64,000 nt of DNA from Macrostomum lignano (lineage: Eukaryota): positions 400,071 to 464,070 of the forward strand of contig NIVC01000268.1 in the NCBI GenBank assembly GCA_002269645.1, given 5' to 3'. The notes beneath the pieces are model-generated. The model was given only the letters and a program-made list of their open reading frames with translations. It was not told the origin of the DNA and searched no databases. The translations under genes and the position numbers were made by a program. Position 1 is the first letter of the stretch. The number at the start of each line of letters is the position of its first letter. Below are positions 1 through 13,336 of the stretch, piece by piece.

Positions 1-211
1 CAGCCTTTAGGATAATGCAATCGTCTATGGTTAAACCATGAGCACATTTATTTATTTTTTCACTTAAACTTCAGGATAATGATTTCAAACTCGGGATAAT
101 GGACACCTATTTTTAGAACAAAACAGCAAACACCAACAACAAAAGATTAGCGCTATGGAAAGTTAATTGTGCAGTATCAATATGGCGCAATTGTCATAGT
201 GCCGAAGACCA

Positions 212-530
212 TTACAGATTGCAATTGTTGAAAGTGCAGTTGTTCATAATAAAGATATTCCGACCGTTCATCTGACGACCATCAGACACGCTCACTGCTT
301 CTTGCACGATGGAACTTTGGATGCTGATGTCAGCAGGCATTGTTACTTGACCGTGGGTTGCGGCGCTTTGTCCCATGTTCAACGCACGCGACACTGCATC
401 GCTGCATTGTTGCAGGGACTTGTCCCGTTTAACTGCCAGGTAGCGCCGGACCGTGCTCTCGGACTTTTGACCCGTGATAGCCATGATCTCGCTCATCGAA
501 TTCCCAGCCGATTCCAGGTCTCAAGAAAGT
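212..530 (-). mobile_element. Degenerate Crypton-like tyrosine recombinase C-terminal fragment (inside an AASS intron)
   Basis: Minus strand reads *DLESAGNSMSEIMAITGQKSESTVRRYLAVKRDKSLQQCSDAVSRAL...NNCTFNNCNL*. This resembles the Crypton/YR C-terminal pattern LxxAG...IMxxTGH(R/K)SxxSLxxY, with Q in place of the catalytic His. No upstream HxLR motif could be recovered and an in-frame stop lies just upstream. Confidence 0.55.
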
Positions 531-895
531 GCAAGAAGTTCAAAAAGTCTTCGTTATCCTTCATGTCCTTCTGAGATGTGGAAAGTCTTGAGATCCAATT
601 GAGTTTGCTGCTAGATACGTTGGCTAAACTTTCGACAGGCAGATTGCCCCAGTTGATCGGATATGACGTCTGGTTCTCCATGGCCAAGCGAATGTAGCTA
701 TTTACGTTTTATTCTCTCTTTCTCTCCACATCTCCTTCCTTTCCACCCTCTTAACCCCCAGCCTGTTTGCAACTTCGTTGTCTATGGCCCAAACTCCAGT
801 AAACCACCTCAGTCTTTATGTCTCTCTCTCCTTGGTAACCCCTCTCTCCTTTCGATGCCCTTTTTGTCTATGGCCCCACTGAAATTCGACAATGC

Positions 896-973
896 GGTTA
901 TTCGTAAGTGAGACTTTAGGATAATAGTCCGGCTCATGAGTGCGCTGCGCTAAAGTCTCACTTACGAATAACC
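896..973. repeat. Perfect 23-bp inverted repeat with 32-bp spacer
   Basis: GGTTATTCGTAAGTGAGACTTTA (896-918) and its reverse complement TAAAGTCTCACTTACGAATAACC (951-973). Confidence 0.9.
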
Positions 974-1149
974 AACCATTAACATTAACTTCTGCTGTTA
1001 TTTGTTTGCCTCTGTTTCACACTGTTGTTATATTTCGCTCTATTACTGAAATAGAAAATACCATAGACAATTCAAGGCACGAATCGCCACATTGACGCCC
1101 GGAAAAGGGACGCTTAAGCCCGCAAAAATTAATGACAATAACAATACCG

Positions 1150-1410
1150 CCATCAAAAGTATCCCCTATTAATCATATATCCATTATAAATAGCCCTAAT
1201 AAAAATATCCCTTACTAATAATATCCCCATTATCAATATCCCCAAAAAATGCCCTTACTAATAATATCCCCATTATAAACATCCCCAATAAAAATATCCC
1301 CAATAAAAATGCCTTTACTAATAATATCCCAAATAAAAATACCCCTACTAATATTATCCCCATAATAAATATCCCCTTTAAAAGCATCCCCACGCAAAAT
1401 ATGCCCACCC
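1150..1410. repeat. Degenerate AATATCCCC-type short tandem repeat
   Basis: Recurrent AAT(A)TCCCC..TAATAA units just upstream of the AASS acceptor. They explain ORFs 1196-1408 and 1233-1418. Confidence 0.7.
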
Positions 1411-1412
1411 AG

Positions 1413-4400
1413 ATTCATCAGTTACTGCGGCGGGCTGCCGGCACCGCAGCACAGCACGAACCCACTGCGCTACAAGTTCAGCTGGAGCCCCGAGGGCGCT
1501 CTGCTATCCACACTGAACGCTTCTCGCTACTTGAAGTCCGGCAAAATTGTTGAAATACCCCGCGGCGGTCACCTGATGCTGGCTGCTCAGGACATCGAGT
1601 ACTTTCCCGGCTTCAATCTGGAAGGCTATCCCAACAGAGACAGCCTGCACTACCGGGATCTGTACGGGATCGAGTCCGCCCAGACCCTGCTCAGGGGGAC
1701 GCTCAGGTATCGGGGCTACTCCAACGCAGCCTGGGGACTCATCCAGCTTGGCCTACTGTCGGACACTCCGCACGCCAGTCTGCATCCGGAAGGCCCAGAC
1801 ATCACCTGGAAACAGTTGCTATGCCAACTGCTCGGCAAACCTAGGGATATTTTTGTTGGCACGCTTAAAGACGCCGTGTTTGCTAAAGTCGGCCGGGACA
1901 GGGAGAAGTTCCAGTGCATCGAGGAGCTCGGGCTGTTCGAGGATAAGCTAATTGAGAAGAGGCACACGCCTTTGAGTAGTATCAGCTGCATGCTGGCTGA
2001 AAAGCTGAAGTACAGTGAGTGCATGATGTACTTTTCTATTTTCAACTATTGATCTTAGAATCTTAATCATTTGATGTTTTAGCCCTGATCCAGGAATCCT
2101 CAAATCTAATACTTCGATCCCCAATCCTAATCTCTTGATTCTAAAATCCCAACATCTAGATCTCTAATCCCAATAAACAGATCCCTAATCCTAATATCTA
2201 GATCCCTAATCCCAATATTTAGATCCCTAATCCCAATATCTAGATCCCTAATCCTAACATCTGGATCCCTAATCCCAATATCTAGATCCCTAATCCCAAT
2301 AAACAGATCCCTAATCCTAATATCTAGATCCCTAATCCCAATATCTAGATCCCTAATCCCAATATCTAGATCTCTAATCCCAATAAACAGATCCCTAATC
2401 ATAATATCTAGATCCCTAATCCCAATATCTAGATCCCTAATTCCAATATCTAGATCCCTAATCCTAACATCTGGATCCCTAATCCCAATATCTAGATCCC
2501 TAATCCCAATATCTAGATCCCTAATCCCAACACCTAGATCCCTAATCCCAATATCTAGATCCCTAATCTCAATATCTAGATCCCTAATCCCAATATCTAG
2601 ATCTCTATTCATGCATGTATTTCTCAATCCCCAGACCTAGATCCCTAATCCCAATCCAATAACCTGTAAAATCATTCAGTACTGCTACTGCATCTAAAAC
2701 TAAAAATTTGTCCATCCCCCCACAGACCCAGGCGAGACGGACGTGATTATAATGGTGCTGGATTTGTCGTGCCGGTTCCCCAACGGCACCCGGGAGAATC
2801 ACGTGATCAGCCTGGTGAAATACGGCGATCCCAAGGCCTATTCGGCAATGTCCCTCACCGTTGGCTATCAAACAGCTATAGCCGCCAAAATGCTGCTTGA
2901 TGGTGAGTCTTGGAATGAGAATTTCAATGGAATGAGTCTGGGGAATGCTGCAAATGGATTGATGTGTCAGTGAATAGAACTGATGTGTCAGTGAATAGAA
3001 CTGATGTGTCAGTGAATAGAACTGATGTGTCAGTGAATAGAACTGATGTGTCAGTGAATAGAACTGATGTGTCAGTGAATAGAACTGATGTGTCAGTGAA
3101 TGGAACTGATGTGTCAGTGAATAGAACTGATGTGTCAGTGAATAGAACTGATGTGTCAGTGAATGGAACTGATGTGTCAGTGAATAGAACTGATGTGTCA
3201 GTAAATAGAACTGATGTGTCAGTGAATAATAGAACTGATGTGTCAGTGAATAGAACTGATGTGTCAGTGGATGGAACTGATGTGTCAGTGAATAGAACTG
3301 ATGTGTCAGTGAATGGGAACTGATGTGTCAGTGAATGGGAACTGATGTGTCAGTGAATGGGAACTGATGTGTCAGTGAATAGAACTGATGTGTCAGTGAA
3401 TGGGAACTGATGTGTCAGTGAATGGAACTGATGTGTCAGTGAATAGAACTGATGTGTCAGTGAATAGAATTGATGTGTCAGTGAATAGAACTGATGTGTC
3501 AGTGAATGGGAACTGATGTGTCAGTGAATGGAACTGATGTGTCAGTGAATAGAACTGATGTGTCAGTGAATGGAACTGATGTGTCAGTGAATAGAACTGA
3601 TGTGTCAGTGAATAGAACTGATGTGTCAGTGAATAGAACTGATGTGTCAGTGGATAGAACTGATGTATCAGTGAAGAGAACTGATGTGTCAGTGAATGGA
3701 ACTGATGTGTCAGTGAATAGAACTGATGTGTCAGTGAATAGGAACTGATGTGTCAGTGAATGGGAACTGATGTGTCAGTGAATAGAATTAATGTGTCAGT
3801 GAATGGAACTGATGTGTCAGTGAATGGGAACTGATGTGTCAGTGAATGGAACTGATGTGTCAGTGAATAGAACTGATGTGTCAGTGAATAGAATTGATGT
3901 GTCAGTGAATAGAACTGATGTGTCAGTGAATAGAACTGATGTGTCAGTGAATGGAACTGATGTGTCAGTGAATAGAACTGATGTGTCAGTGAAGAGAACT
4001 GATGTGTCAGTGAAGAGAACTGATGTGTCAGTGAATAATAGAACTGATGTGTCAGTGAAGAGAACTGATGTGTCAGGGAATAGAACTGATGTGTCAGTGA
4101 AGAGAACTGATGTGTCAGTGAATAGAACTGATGTGTCAGTGAAGAGAACTGATGTGTCAGTGAAGAGAACTGATGTGTCAGTGAAGAGAACTGATGTGTC
4201 AGTGAATAGAACTGATGTGTCAGTGAATAGAACTGATGTGTCAGTGAATGGAACTGATGTGTCAGTGAATAGAACTGATGTGTCAGTGAAGAGAATTGAT
4301 GTGTCAGTGAATAGAACTGATGTGTCAGTGAATAGAACTGATGTGTCAGTGAATGGAACTGATGTGTCAGTGAATAGAACTGATGTGTCAGTGAAGAGAA

Positions 4401-5842
4401 CTGATGTGTCAGTGAAGAGAACTGATGTGTCAGTGAATAATAGAACTGATGTGTCAGTGAAGAGAACTGATGTGTCAGTGAATAGAACTGATGTGTCAGT
4501 GAAGAGAACTGATGTGTCAGTGAATAGAACTGATGTGTCAGTGAAGAGAACTGATGTGTCAGTGAATGGAACTGATGTGTCAGTGAATAGAACTGATGTG
4601 TCAGTGAATAATAGAACTGATGTGTCAGTGAAGAGAACTGATGTGTCAGTGAAGAAAACTGATGTGTCAGTGAAGAGAACTGATGTGTCAGTGAAGAGAA
4701 CTGATGTGTCAGTGAATAATAGAACTGATGTGTCAGTGAATAATAGAACTGATGTGTCAGTGAAGAGAACTGATGTGTCAGGGAATAGAACTGATGTGTC
4801 AGTGAAGAGAACTGATGTGTCAGTGAATAGAACTGATGTGTCAGTGAAGAGAACTGATGTGTCAGTGAAGAGAACTGATGTGTCAGTGAAGAGAACTGAT
4901 GTGTCAGTGAATGGAACTGATGTGTCAGTGAATAGAACTGATGTGTCAGTGAATGGAACTGATGTGTCAGTGAAGAGAACTGATGTGTCAGTGAAGAGAA
5001 CTGATTTGTCAGTGAATGGAACTGATGTGTCAGTGAAGAGAACTGATGTGTCAGTGAAGAGAACTGATGTGTCAGTGAAGAGAACTGATGTGTCAGTGAA
5101 TAGAACTGATGTGTCAGTGAATAGAACTGATGTGTCAGTGAATGGAACTGATGTGTCAGTGAATAGAACTGATGTGTCAGTGAATGGAACTGATGTGTCA
5201 GTGAAGAGAACTGATGTGTCAGTGAATAGAACTGATGTGTCAGTGAATAGAACTGATGTGTCAGTGAATAGAACTGATGTGTCACTGAATGGAACTGATG
5301 TGTCAGTGAAGAGAACTGATGTGTCAGTGAAGAGAACTGATGTGTCAGTGAAGAGAACTGATGTGTCAGTGAATAGAACTGATGTGTCAGTGAATAGAAC
5401 TGATGTGTCAGTGAATGGAACTGATGTGTCAGTGAATAGAACTGATGTGTCAGTGAATGGAACTGATGTGTCAGTGAAGAGAACTGATGTGTCAGTGAAT
5501 AGAACTGATGTGTCAGTGAATAGAACTGATGTGTCAGTGAATAGAACTGATGTGTCAGTGAATAGAACTGATGTGTCAGTGAATAGAACTGATGTGTCAC
5601 TGAATGGAACTGATGTGTCAGTGAAGAGAACTGATGTGTCAGTGAAGAGAACTGACGTGTCAGTGAAGAGAACTGACGTGTCACTGGGTGACTCAAGCAA
5701 AGCCCGCTGTCATCTTTCAGAAGAGATCCAAGACCGCGGTCTCGTGCTGCCGCTGTCAATGAACATCTACCGACCAATATTGAAGCGACTCAAAGCTGAA
5801 GGCATCTCAGCCGTCGCCAAGACAACCGAAATTGAAGGCTGA
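1413..5842 (+). CDS. AASS: Alpha-aminoadipic semialdehyde synthase, C-terminal saccharopine dehydrogenase part (last 3 exons; 5' part lies outside the window)
   Basis: Exons 1413-2014, 2726-2902 and 5721-5842 have GT-AG borders and consistent phases. The translation contains FISYCGGLPAP..NPLRYKFSWSP, FPGFNLEGYPNRDS, TLLRGTLRYRG, SAMSLTVG..TAIAAKMLLD and IYRPILKRLKAEG, all characteristic of AASS/LKR-SDH. Confidence 0.95.
2140..2655. repeat. 21-bp intronic minisatellite (ATCTAGATCCCTAATCCCAAT)
   Basis: Tandem copies are visible inside AASS intron 2015-2725. Confidence 0.95.
2957..5685. repeat. 21-bp intronic minisatellite (GAACTGATGTGTCAGTGAATA) with palindromic core
   Basis: About 2.7 kb of tandem units in the last AASS intron. 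The core ACTGA-TGTG-TCAGT is self-complementary and unit ends vary (AATA/AGAG/ATG/AATAATA). Confidence 0.97.
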
Positions 5843-6545
5843 CGAGCTAGCTGTGCTAATTTATATTGCTGTGATGTAAATGTCAAGGATCCTAACGTAG
5901 GAAAAAGAAAGTTCTTTTACCTCTGTTATAATCTGTTTTTTGCACTTGCTTCAGAAAAGAAAGAACTTTTTCTTAGTACAATATTGTACTTTACTAGAAG
6001 CATATCGTTTGTTTACTATTTTATAATCTCTCCAGGTAAACAATACATACTTTCAAACTTCTCACTTAAAGTCTCATTATTTATTTCAATTTTTATTTAC
6101 AGATTTTATTTATACTATTTTTAAATTCGCTCTACTCACTCCAGTAGTATGTTGCGACTGCGAATTTAAAATTTATATGGAGTATTTTTATGCTTATATC
6201 AGTAACTCAGTTTTTGAAAAATGCCAAAAATTGCTTTGTTTTTATTTCATTCCTTTCTTTGCAAATGCATTAATTAATATATATTTTGTGATTAAATAAT
6301 TTCATACGATCTCCGCTACTTTCAGTAAGCTATGTAGTTAATTAACGAAAACATTGCAGCTGTGACAGAAAATATACGAACTGTGCAGACTATCACAAAT
6401 TTTTTATTTACGAGTATATGTATGTTCTGATATTTATAAAGCCAGGCGTAACTTCTTAATAAATTTAATTATTGGCTTTTATAATCAGTCATGAGTCACT
6501 GTCTCAGCCCCACCTCCACGTTTTGAGAGTCAACTCCAGGGTCTC

Positions 6546-6775
6546 TGCCCTCTGCACTCTATAACCCATCCTCTCTGCACTCTATTATCAGCCCTCTCTG
6601 CACTCTATAACCCACCCTCTCTGCACTCTATAACCCACCCTCTCTGCACTCTATAACCCACCCTCTCTGCACTCTATAACCCACCCTCTCTGCACTCTAT
6701 AACCCACCCTCTCTGCACTCTATTATCAGCCCTCTCTGCACTCTATAATCCACCCTCTCTGCACTTTATAATCCA
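6546..6775. repeat. 23-bp minisatellite (CTCTCTGCACTCTATAACCCACC)
   Basis: About 10 tandem copies. Confidence 0.9.
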
Positions 6776-6777
6776 GA

Positions 6778-7230
6778 ACCAACCCCTTTTATCCATGGCC
6801 CACTGAGGGGCGGTGCAAAACCAACCCCCGTTTTCCATGGCCCACTGAGCTAGGGGCGGTGCAAAACCAACCCCCGTTTTATATGGCCTACTGAGGGGCG
6901 GTGCAAAACCAGCCCCCGTTTTCCATAGCCCACTGAGGGGCGGTGCAAAACCAGCCCCCGTTTTCCATAGCCCACTGAGGGGCGGTGCAAAACCAGCCCC
7001 CGTTTTATATGGCCCACTGAGGGGCGGTGCAAAACCAGCCCCCGTTTTCCATAGCCCACTGAGGGGCGGTGCAAAACCAACTCCCGTTTTTTATGGCCCA
7101 CTGAGGGGCGGTGCAAAACCAACCCCCGTTTTCCATGGCCCACTGAGGGGCGCTGGAGAACCAACTCCCGTTTTATATGGCCCACTTAGTGGTGGTGCAG
7201 AATCAACCCTAATTTTTCATGCCCCACTGA
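6778..7230. repeat. 42-bp minisatellite related to the 43-bp intron-3 satellite of the Ly6-like genes
   Basis: Unit AACCAACCCCCGTTTTCCATGGCCCACTGAGGGGCGGTGCAA. It shares CCCACTGA....GGTG..AAACCAACCCC with the arrays at 8950-9620 and 14262-15450. Confidence 0.85.
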
Positions 7231-7819
7231 GGTTATACCATACACAAATTCTTAATAACTGATTGCTTGGGTACAAACAAAGAAACAAACAAACAAGCAA
7301 AACTTGCAGACAAACCCTCCTTACTTCTGTCTGTGGTATTATTAAAGTATTCTCCACTGCTTAGGCTGACCTAGCCGAAATTGAGAACTGTAATTGTAAG
7401 CACTGCTTTAGTTGCGCTATCTCTGCACTGACACTTAAAAACAGGGCAGAAAAAAGATAATATTGCTCTCTGAGCAGAGACTGCACAATCCGACGGTTAC
7501 TTCAGATGGGCGCTAGAAAGCAGGTGAGCCCGCGTGCGCGCGTTGACGCCACCTGTCGCACCCTTTATACAATGCAGCTACTCCTATTGCAGAGAGAGAG
7601 ACTCGCATAGTTTCACTTTGAAATAAACGACATCTCTAACCCAAATGTACAGTCATCAAACCCTGCAACCAAGGAATGAAAGCGAAACTGGGCAATGTTT
7701 GAAAATAAGCGCTACTTTTGGTGTATTTAAACTCGCGTTTTCATCTTAGGCGAATTTCTTTAAATGAAATATATTGAGGCAAGCAAATGCTATACATATA
7801 AACTAAGACAGATACAGTA

Positions 7820-9860
7820 ATGCTTAAGAAGCAACTTCTAATTGCTTTGGCATTTCTGCTAGCTGGCATTGGTAAGTGTATTGGTGAGGACAGTAAAAGT
7901 AAGAGTTATTAAAGGATTCAAAGATGGAAAAAGTGAATGACTGAATAGAAGAGAGTGAGAGAGAGAGTGAGAGTGGGGTAAAGGGGAGAGGTGGAAGAGA
8001 GGAAGATTGGGAGAGAGGAGGGGAGAGAAAGACAGGGGGAGTGACAGAAAGTGGGAAAGGGGAGAGGGAAGAAGGAGAGATGGAGAGATGGGTCCAGGGA
8101 AGGAACAGGGAGCGATGGAGAGGGGAGAGAGAGGGAGAGTGGAAAGGGGATAAGGGAGGGAGAGAGGGAGAGTTGAGAGAGAGAGGAGAGGAAGAGAGGG
8201 AGAGTGGAGAGTGAAGAGGGGAGAAAGAGAGTGAAGAGTGGAGAGGGAAGAGGGGAGGGTGGGAGAGTGGAGAGGGAGAATCAAGGAAACAAGTGGGGTG
8301 TTGATTCAAAGACGCAGATGGATGAAAATAAGATTAGGCCAGTGTAGGCAAAGCAGGAGATCAGTAGCTCTCCCCTTCGCCAAGTGATGAAGTTCCACCA
8401 CCCACAAAAACCCAGCCGTGGACTCAGGCGCTGCCATCTTGTGCTACAGCCGGGACCAATCGACAGGCGTGGCCAATGGAACTGTAGACGACTGCCCGTC
8501 TGACTTGGCCTGCTATCTGTACACAAAAGATAAGGTAACTACGGGTAAAACTTTACACACTTTTTTGGGAAAGTGTATGCATAATGCCGCCAGGCCCAGA
8601 TGTTCCACACTTCCCTGAGTACTTGGTTTGAAAATAAATTCCCAATAGTATAAAAGTATAAAAATATTATCCACCAGATAAGCTACGCAGGATGCGGTCG
8701 CTGCACAGAAGAAAACACTGAAGATCACAACTGCGAGTCTTGCACATCTGACTACTGCAACGACTGGCCTTCGCTAATCGGCTGTTTCTATGCTAAAAGC
8801 GAAACTAAAAAGGAAAATTGGTTAAAAATATCCTGCAACAAGAAATTTTGCTACAGCTTTAACTACACTATCGGAGCCACGGTGAGAACTCGTTTCTGTA
8901 AAGCGAGACTGCTGCAGATATAGATTGCTTACAGAAATCTTAAATAGATAGATTCCACACCCCGCTGAGAGAAGTGTGAAAGCAACACCCCCAATCTTCC
9001 ACCCACACCCCACTGATAGCAGGTGTGAAACCAACACCCTAATCTCCCACCCACACCCCACTGATAGCAGGTGTGAAACCAACACCCCCAATCTCCCACG
9101 TACACCCCACTGATAGCAGGTGTGAAACCAACACCTCCAATCTCCCACGTACTCCCCACTGATAGCAGGTGTGAAACCAACCCCCCACCCCCAATCTTCC
9201 ACACACCACTGATAGCAGGTGTGAAACCAACACCTCCAATCTCCCACGTACACCCCACTGATAGCAGGTGTGAAACCAACCCCCCCCCCCACCCCCAATC
9301 GTCCACGCACCACTGATAGCAGGTGTCAGACCAACACCCCAATCTTCCACCTACACCCCACTGAGAGCAGGTGTAAGACCAACCCCCGATCTTCCACACC
9401 CCACTGATAGCAGGTGTGAGACCAACCCCCGATCTTCCACACCCCACTGATAGCAGGTGTGAGACCAACCCCCCCCCCGATCTTCCACACCCCACTGATA
9501 GCAGGTGTGAGACCAACCCCCCCGATCTTCCACACCCCACTGATAGCAGGTGTGAGACCAACCCCCCCCCCCGATCTTTCACACCCCACTGATAGCAGGT
9601 GTGAGACCAACCCCCCAATGCTTTACGAAGCGAAATAAATTGAAACTGTAGTGTAAGACAAAAGTGTCAAAGGAATTTTATCCCCGAAATTGCAGTATTA
9701 CGCTGCCGGTTGTGGTAACTGCTCTGGTTACGAGAAGTTCGATACCTGCAGAGTGTGCAGCACAGACTACTGCAACTCAGCTACTGCATTTTCAGCAGAT
9801 AAATTAAAATTTGTGGCCGGTGGCTTCATTATTCTGATCCTTCAGTCCTGGATAAATTGA
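7820..9860 (+). CDS. Secreted, probably GPI-anchored protein with two three-finger (Ly6/uPAR-like) modules, paralogue 1 (179 aa)
   Basis: Exons 7820-7871, 8416-8534, 8678-8881 and 9696-9860 are all GT-AG and in phase. Signal peptide MLKKQLLIALAFLLAG; two 8-Cys modules ending CESCTSDYCN and CRVCSTDYCN; hydrophobic C-terminal tail FVAGGFIILILQSWIN*. Confidence 0.85.
7920..8285. repeat. GA-rich low-complexity tract (intron 1 of Ly6-like gene 1)
   Basis: Purine-only GGAGA/GAGA run. Confidence 0.9.
8950..9620. repeat. About 41-49-bp minisatellite (CCCCACTGATAGCAGGTGTGAAACCAAC core), intron 3 of Ly6-like gene 1
   Basis: Tandem copies with a variable C-run. Confidence 0.93.
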
Positions 9861-10311
9861 CTCCTGACAGATGCCGAGTAAGGGAGAAAAACGTACTCAA
9901 ACTTGAAGAAACACGAGTCTCTTTTAAAGACAGAAATACCAATAATGTGATGTTTTTTAATTTTTAAGCTCAAGTGTTGGTATCCAGATTTTAACTGCTA
10001 TATAGGCTTTAGAAAACCCTTTTATCAGGGTTCTAATAACTAACTTCGATATACTTCATTTCTTCTGTTTTTAATGAACGTTCGTCAGTAGCTTGCAAAA
10101 ATTATTTGCGGAATAACTTAATTTGCCAGTTATTTGGAAAGCCACAAATAAATTACCATATTAGCAGAGCTTTTTTTTCAAACTATGTTGAAAATAGCGT
10201 AAAACCTAAGTGAACACTCGCTTCTTCTATACAGCTTTCTTGGTGTCAAAACTCAGCGGTGTAAAAGTTATTTTGCCAAATCAGTAGCTCTGTCAGTACT
10301 TGATAGGTGAT

Positions 10312-10630
10312 CGTCTCTCTGACTCAGGGATCAACTCTGACTCAGGGATCATCTCTCTGACTCAGGGATCAACTCTGACTCAGGGATCATCTCTCTGACT
10401 CAGGGATCAACTCTGACTCAGGGATCAACTCTGACTCAGGGATCAACTCTGACTCAGGGATTAACTCTGACTCAGGAATCAACTCTGACTCAGGGATCAA
10501 CTCTGACTCAGGGATTAACTCTGACTCAGGAATCAACTCTGACTCAGGGATCAACTCTGACTCAGGAATCAACTCTGACTCAGGGATTAACTCTGACTCA
10601 GGGATCAACTCTGACTCAGGGATTAACTGA
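10312..10630. repeat. 18-bp minisatellite (CTCTGACTCAGGGATCAA)
   Basis: Tandem copies downstream of Ly6-like gene 1, each containing TGACTCA. Confidence 0.95.
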
Positions 10631-10637
10631 GGGATTA

Positions 10638-11563
<926 letters not shown>

Positions 11564-11594
11564 GGAGAGAGGGAGAGAAGAGAAGTACTACTCG

Positions 11595-11840
<246 letters not shown>

Positions 11841-12294
11841 GAGGGAGCAATGAAAACTGTCTGAAGCATTATTCCTTCCATTTGCATTAGCGAACTTCCA
11901 TTTGCTCTTTTCAAAAAAATTTAGTTTGTGTTTTTTGTTCGAGCCAAGAAACTACTCTGCGTTTAGAATAGCCAGCATCATGCTGTGTACTGTACTCTGA
12001 TGAGGCTGCCTCTTTAGTGTAGTCATTGGGTCTCAGCCTCTCCATTCATGCAGTGAAGCCTCACTATCCACTGCAGCTCATTTTCAGTTTAGAATGAATT
12101 CATTTCTTCGGCTAAGATGACCCAGCCAGGTTTTCTAGCCCGAGACACAAAAATGAAACTCAAAGAAATAATAAAAATAGGTGCCCAGGTTGTGTATTTA
12201 AACCCGAAGTCGTTTGTAAGGCTTTCTTATTGTATATTTTTAATAAACAGTTCAACGACACGAAAACAGGTTTTCTGTGAAATCACGCAGACAA

Positions 12295-13082
12295 ATGTCA
12301 CGGACAAAACTTCTAATCCGTTTGGCAACACTGTTTGCTGCTTTTGGTAAGACATTTGTATGTTTACATTATTTTATTGAGGGAGAGATGGGAGAGATAG
12401 TGAGGGAGAGAAGGAGAGAGGGAGAGAGATAGGGAGAGAGGGAGAGAGGCATAGAGAGAGGGAGAGAGAGGGAGAGGGAGAGAGGGAGAGAGATAGGGAG
12501 AGAGGGAGAGAGGGAGAGAGAGAGAGGAAGAGAGAGAGGGATAGAGAGAGAGTGAGAGGGAGAGAGAGACAGGGGGGAGAGAGGAAGAGGGAGAGAGGGA
12601 GAGAGGAAGAGGGAGAGAGATAGGGAGAGAGGGAGAGAGGCATGAGAGAGGGAGAGAGGAAGAGAGAGAGAGGAAGAGGGAGAGAGGGAGAGAGGAAGAG
12701 GGAAGAGATAGGGAGAGAGGGAGAGAGGCATGAGAGAGGGAGAGAGGAAGAGAGAGAGAGGAAGAGGGAGAGAGGGAGAGAGGAAGAGGGAAGAGATAGG
12801 GAGAGAGGGAGAGAGGCATGAGAGAGGGAGAGAGGAAGAGAGAGAGAGGAAGAGGGAGAGAGGGAGAGAGGAAAAGGGAAGAGATAGGGAGAGAGGGAGA
12901 GAGGCATGAGACAGGGAGAGAGGAAGAGAGAGAGAGGAAGAGGGAGAGAGGGACAGAGGAAGAGGGAGAGAGATAGGGAGAGAGGGAGAGAGGCAGAAAG
13001 GAAGAGGGAGGGAGAGAGAGGAGAGAGGAAGAGGGAGAGAGGGAGAGAGGGAGAGAGGGAGAGGGAGAGAGAGAGGGAGAGA

Positions 13083-13128
<46 letters not shown>

Positions 13129-13276
13129 GACAGAAAGAGAGAGGCATGAGAGAAGGATGAGAGAGGGAGAGAGGGAGAGAGGAAGAGAGGGAGAGAGAGA
13201 GGGAGAGTGGGGGAGAGAGAGAGAGAGAGAGAGAGACAGAAAGAGAGAGGCATGAGAGAAGGATGAGAGAGGGAGA

Positions 13277-13336
<60 letters not shown>

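Noticed and set aside
2957-5842. Long ORFs 3753-5777, 3817-5700 and 3824-5842 (RTDVSVN/FTDTSVL repeats), one in frame with the last AASS exon
   Set aside because: They are products of a stop-free 21-bp unit. The upstream exon frame stops at 2973 and a proper acceptor exists at 5718-5720, so there is no read-through protein.
11997-12045. CTGATGA followed by a GAGGCTG/CAGCCTC stem, a possible hammerhead
   Set aside because: There is no GAAA after the stem and no stem III or cleavage triplet.
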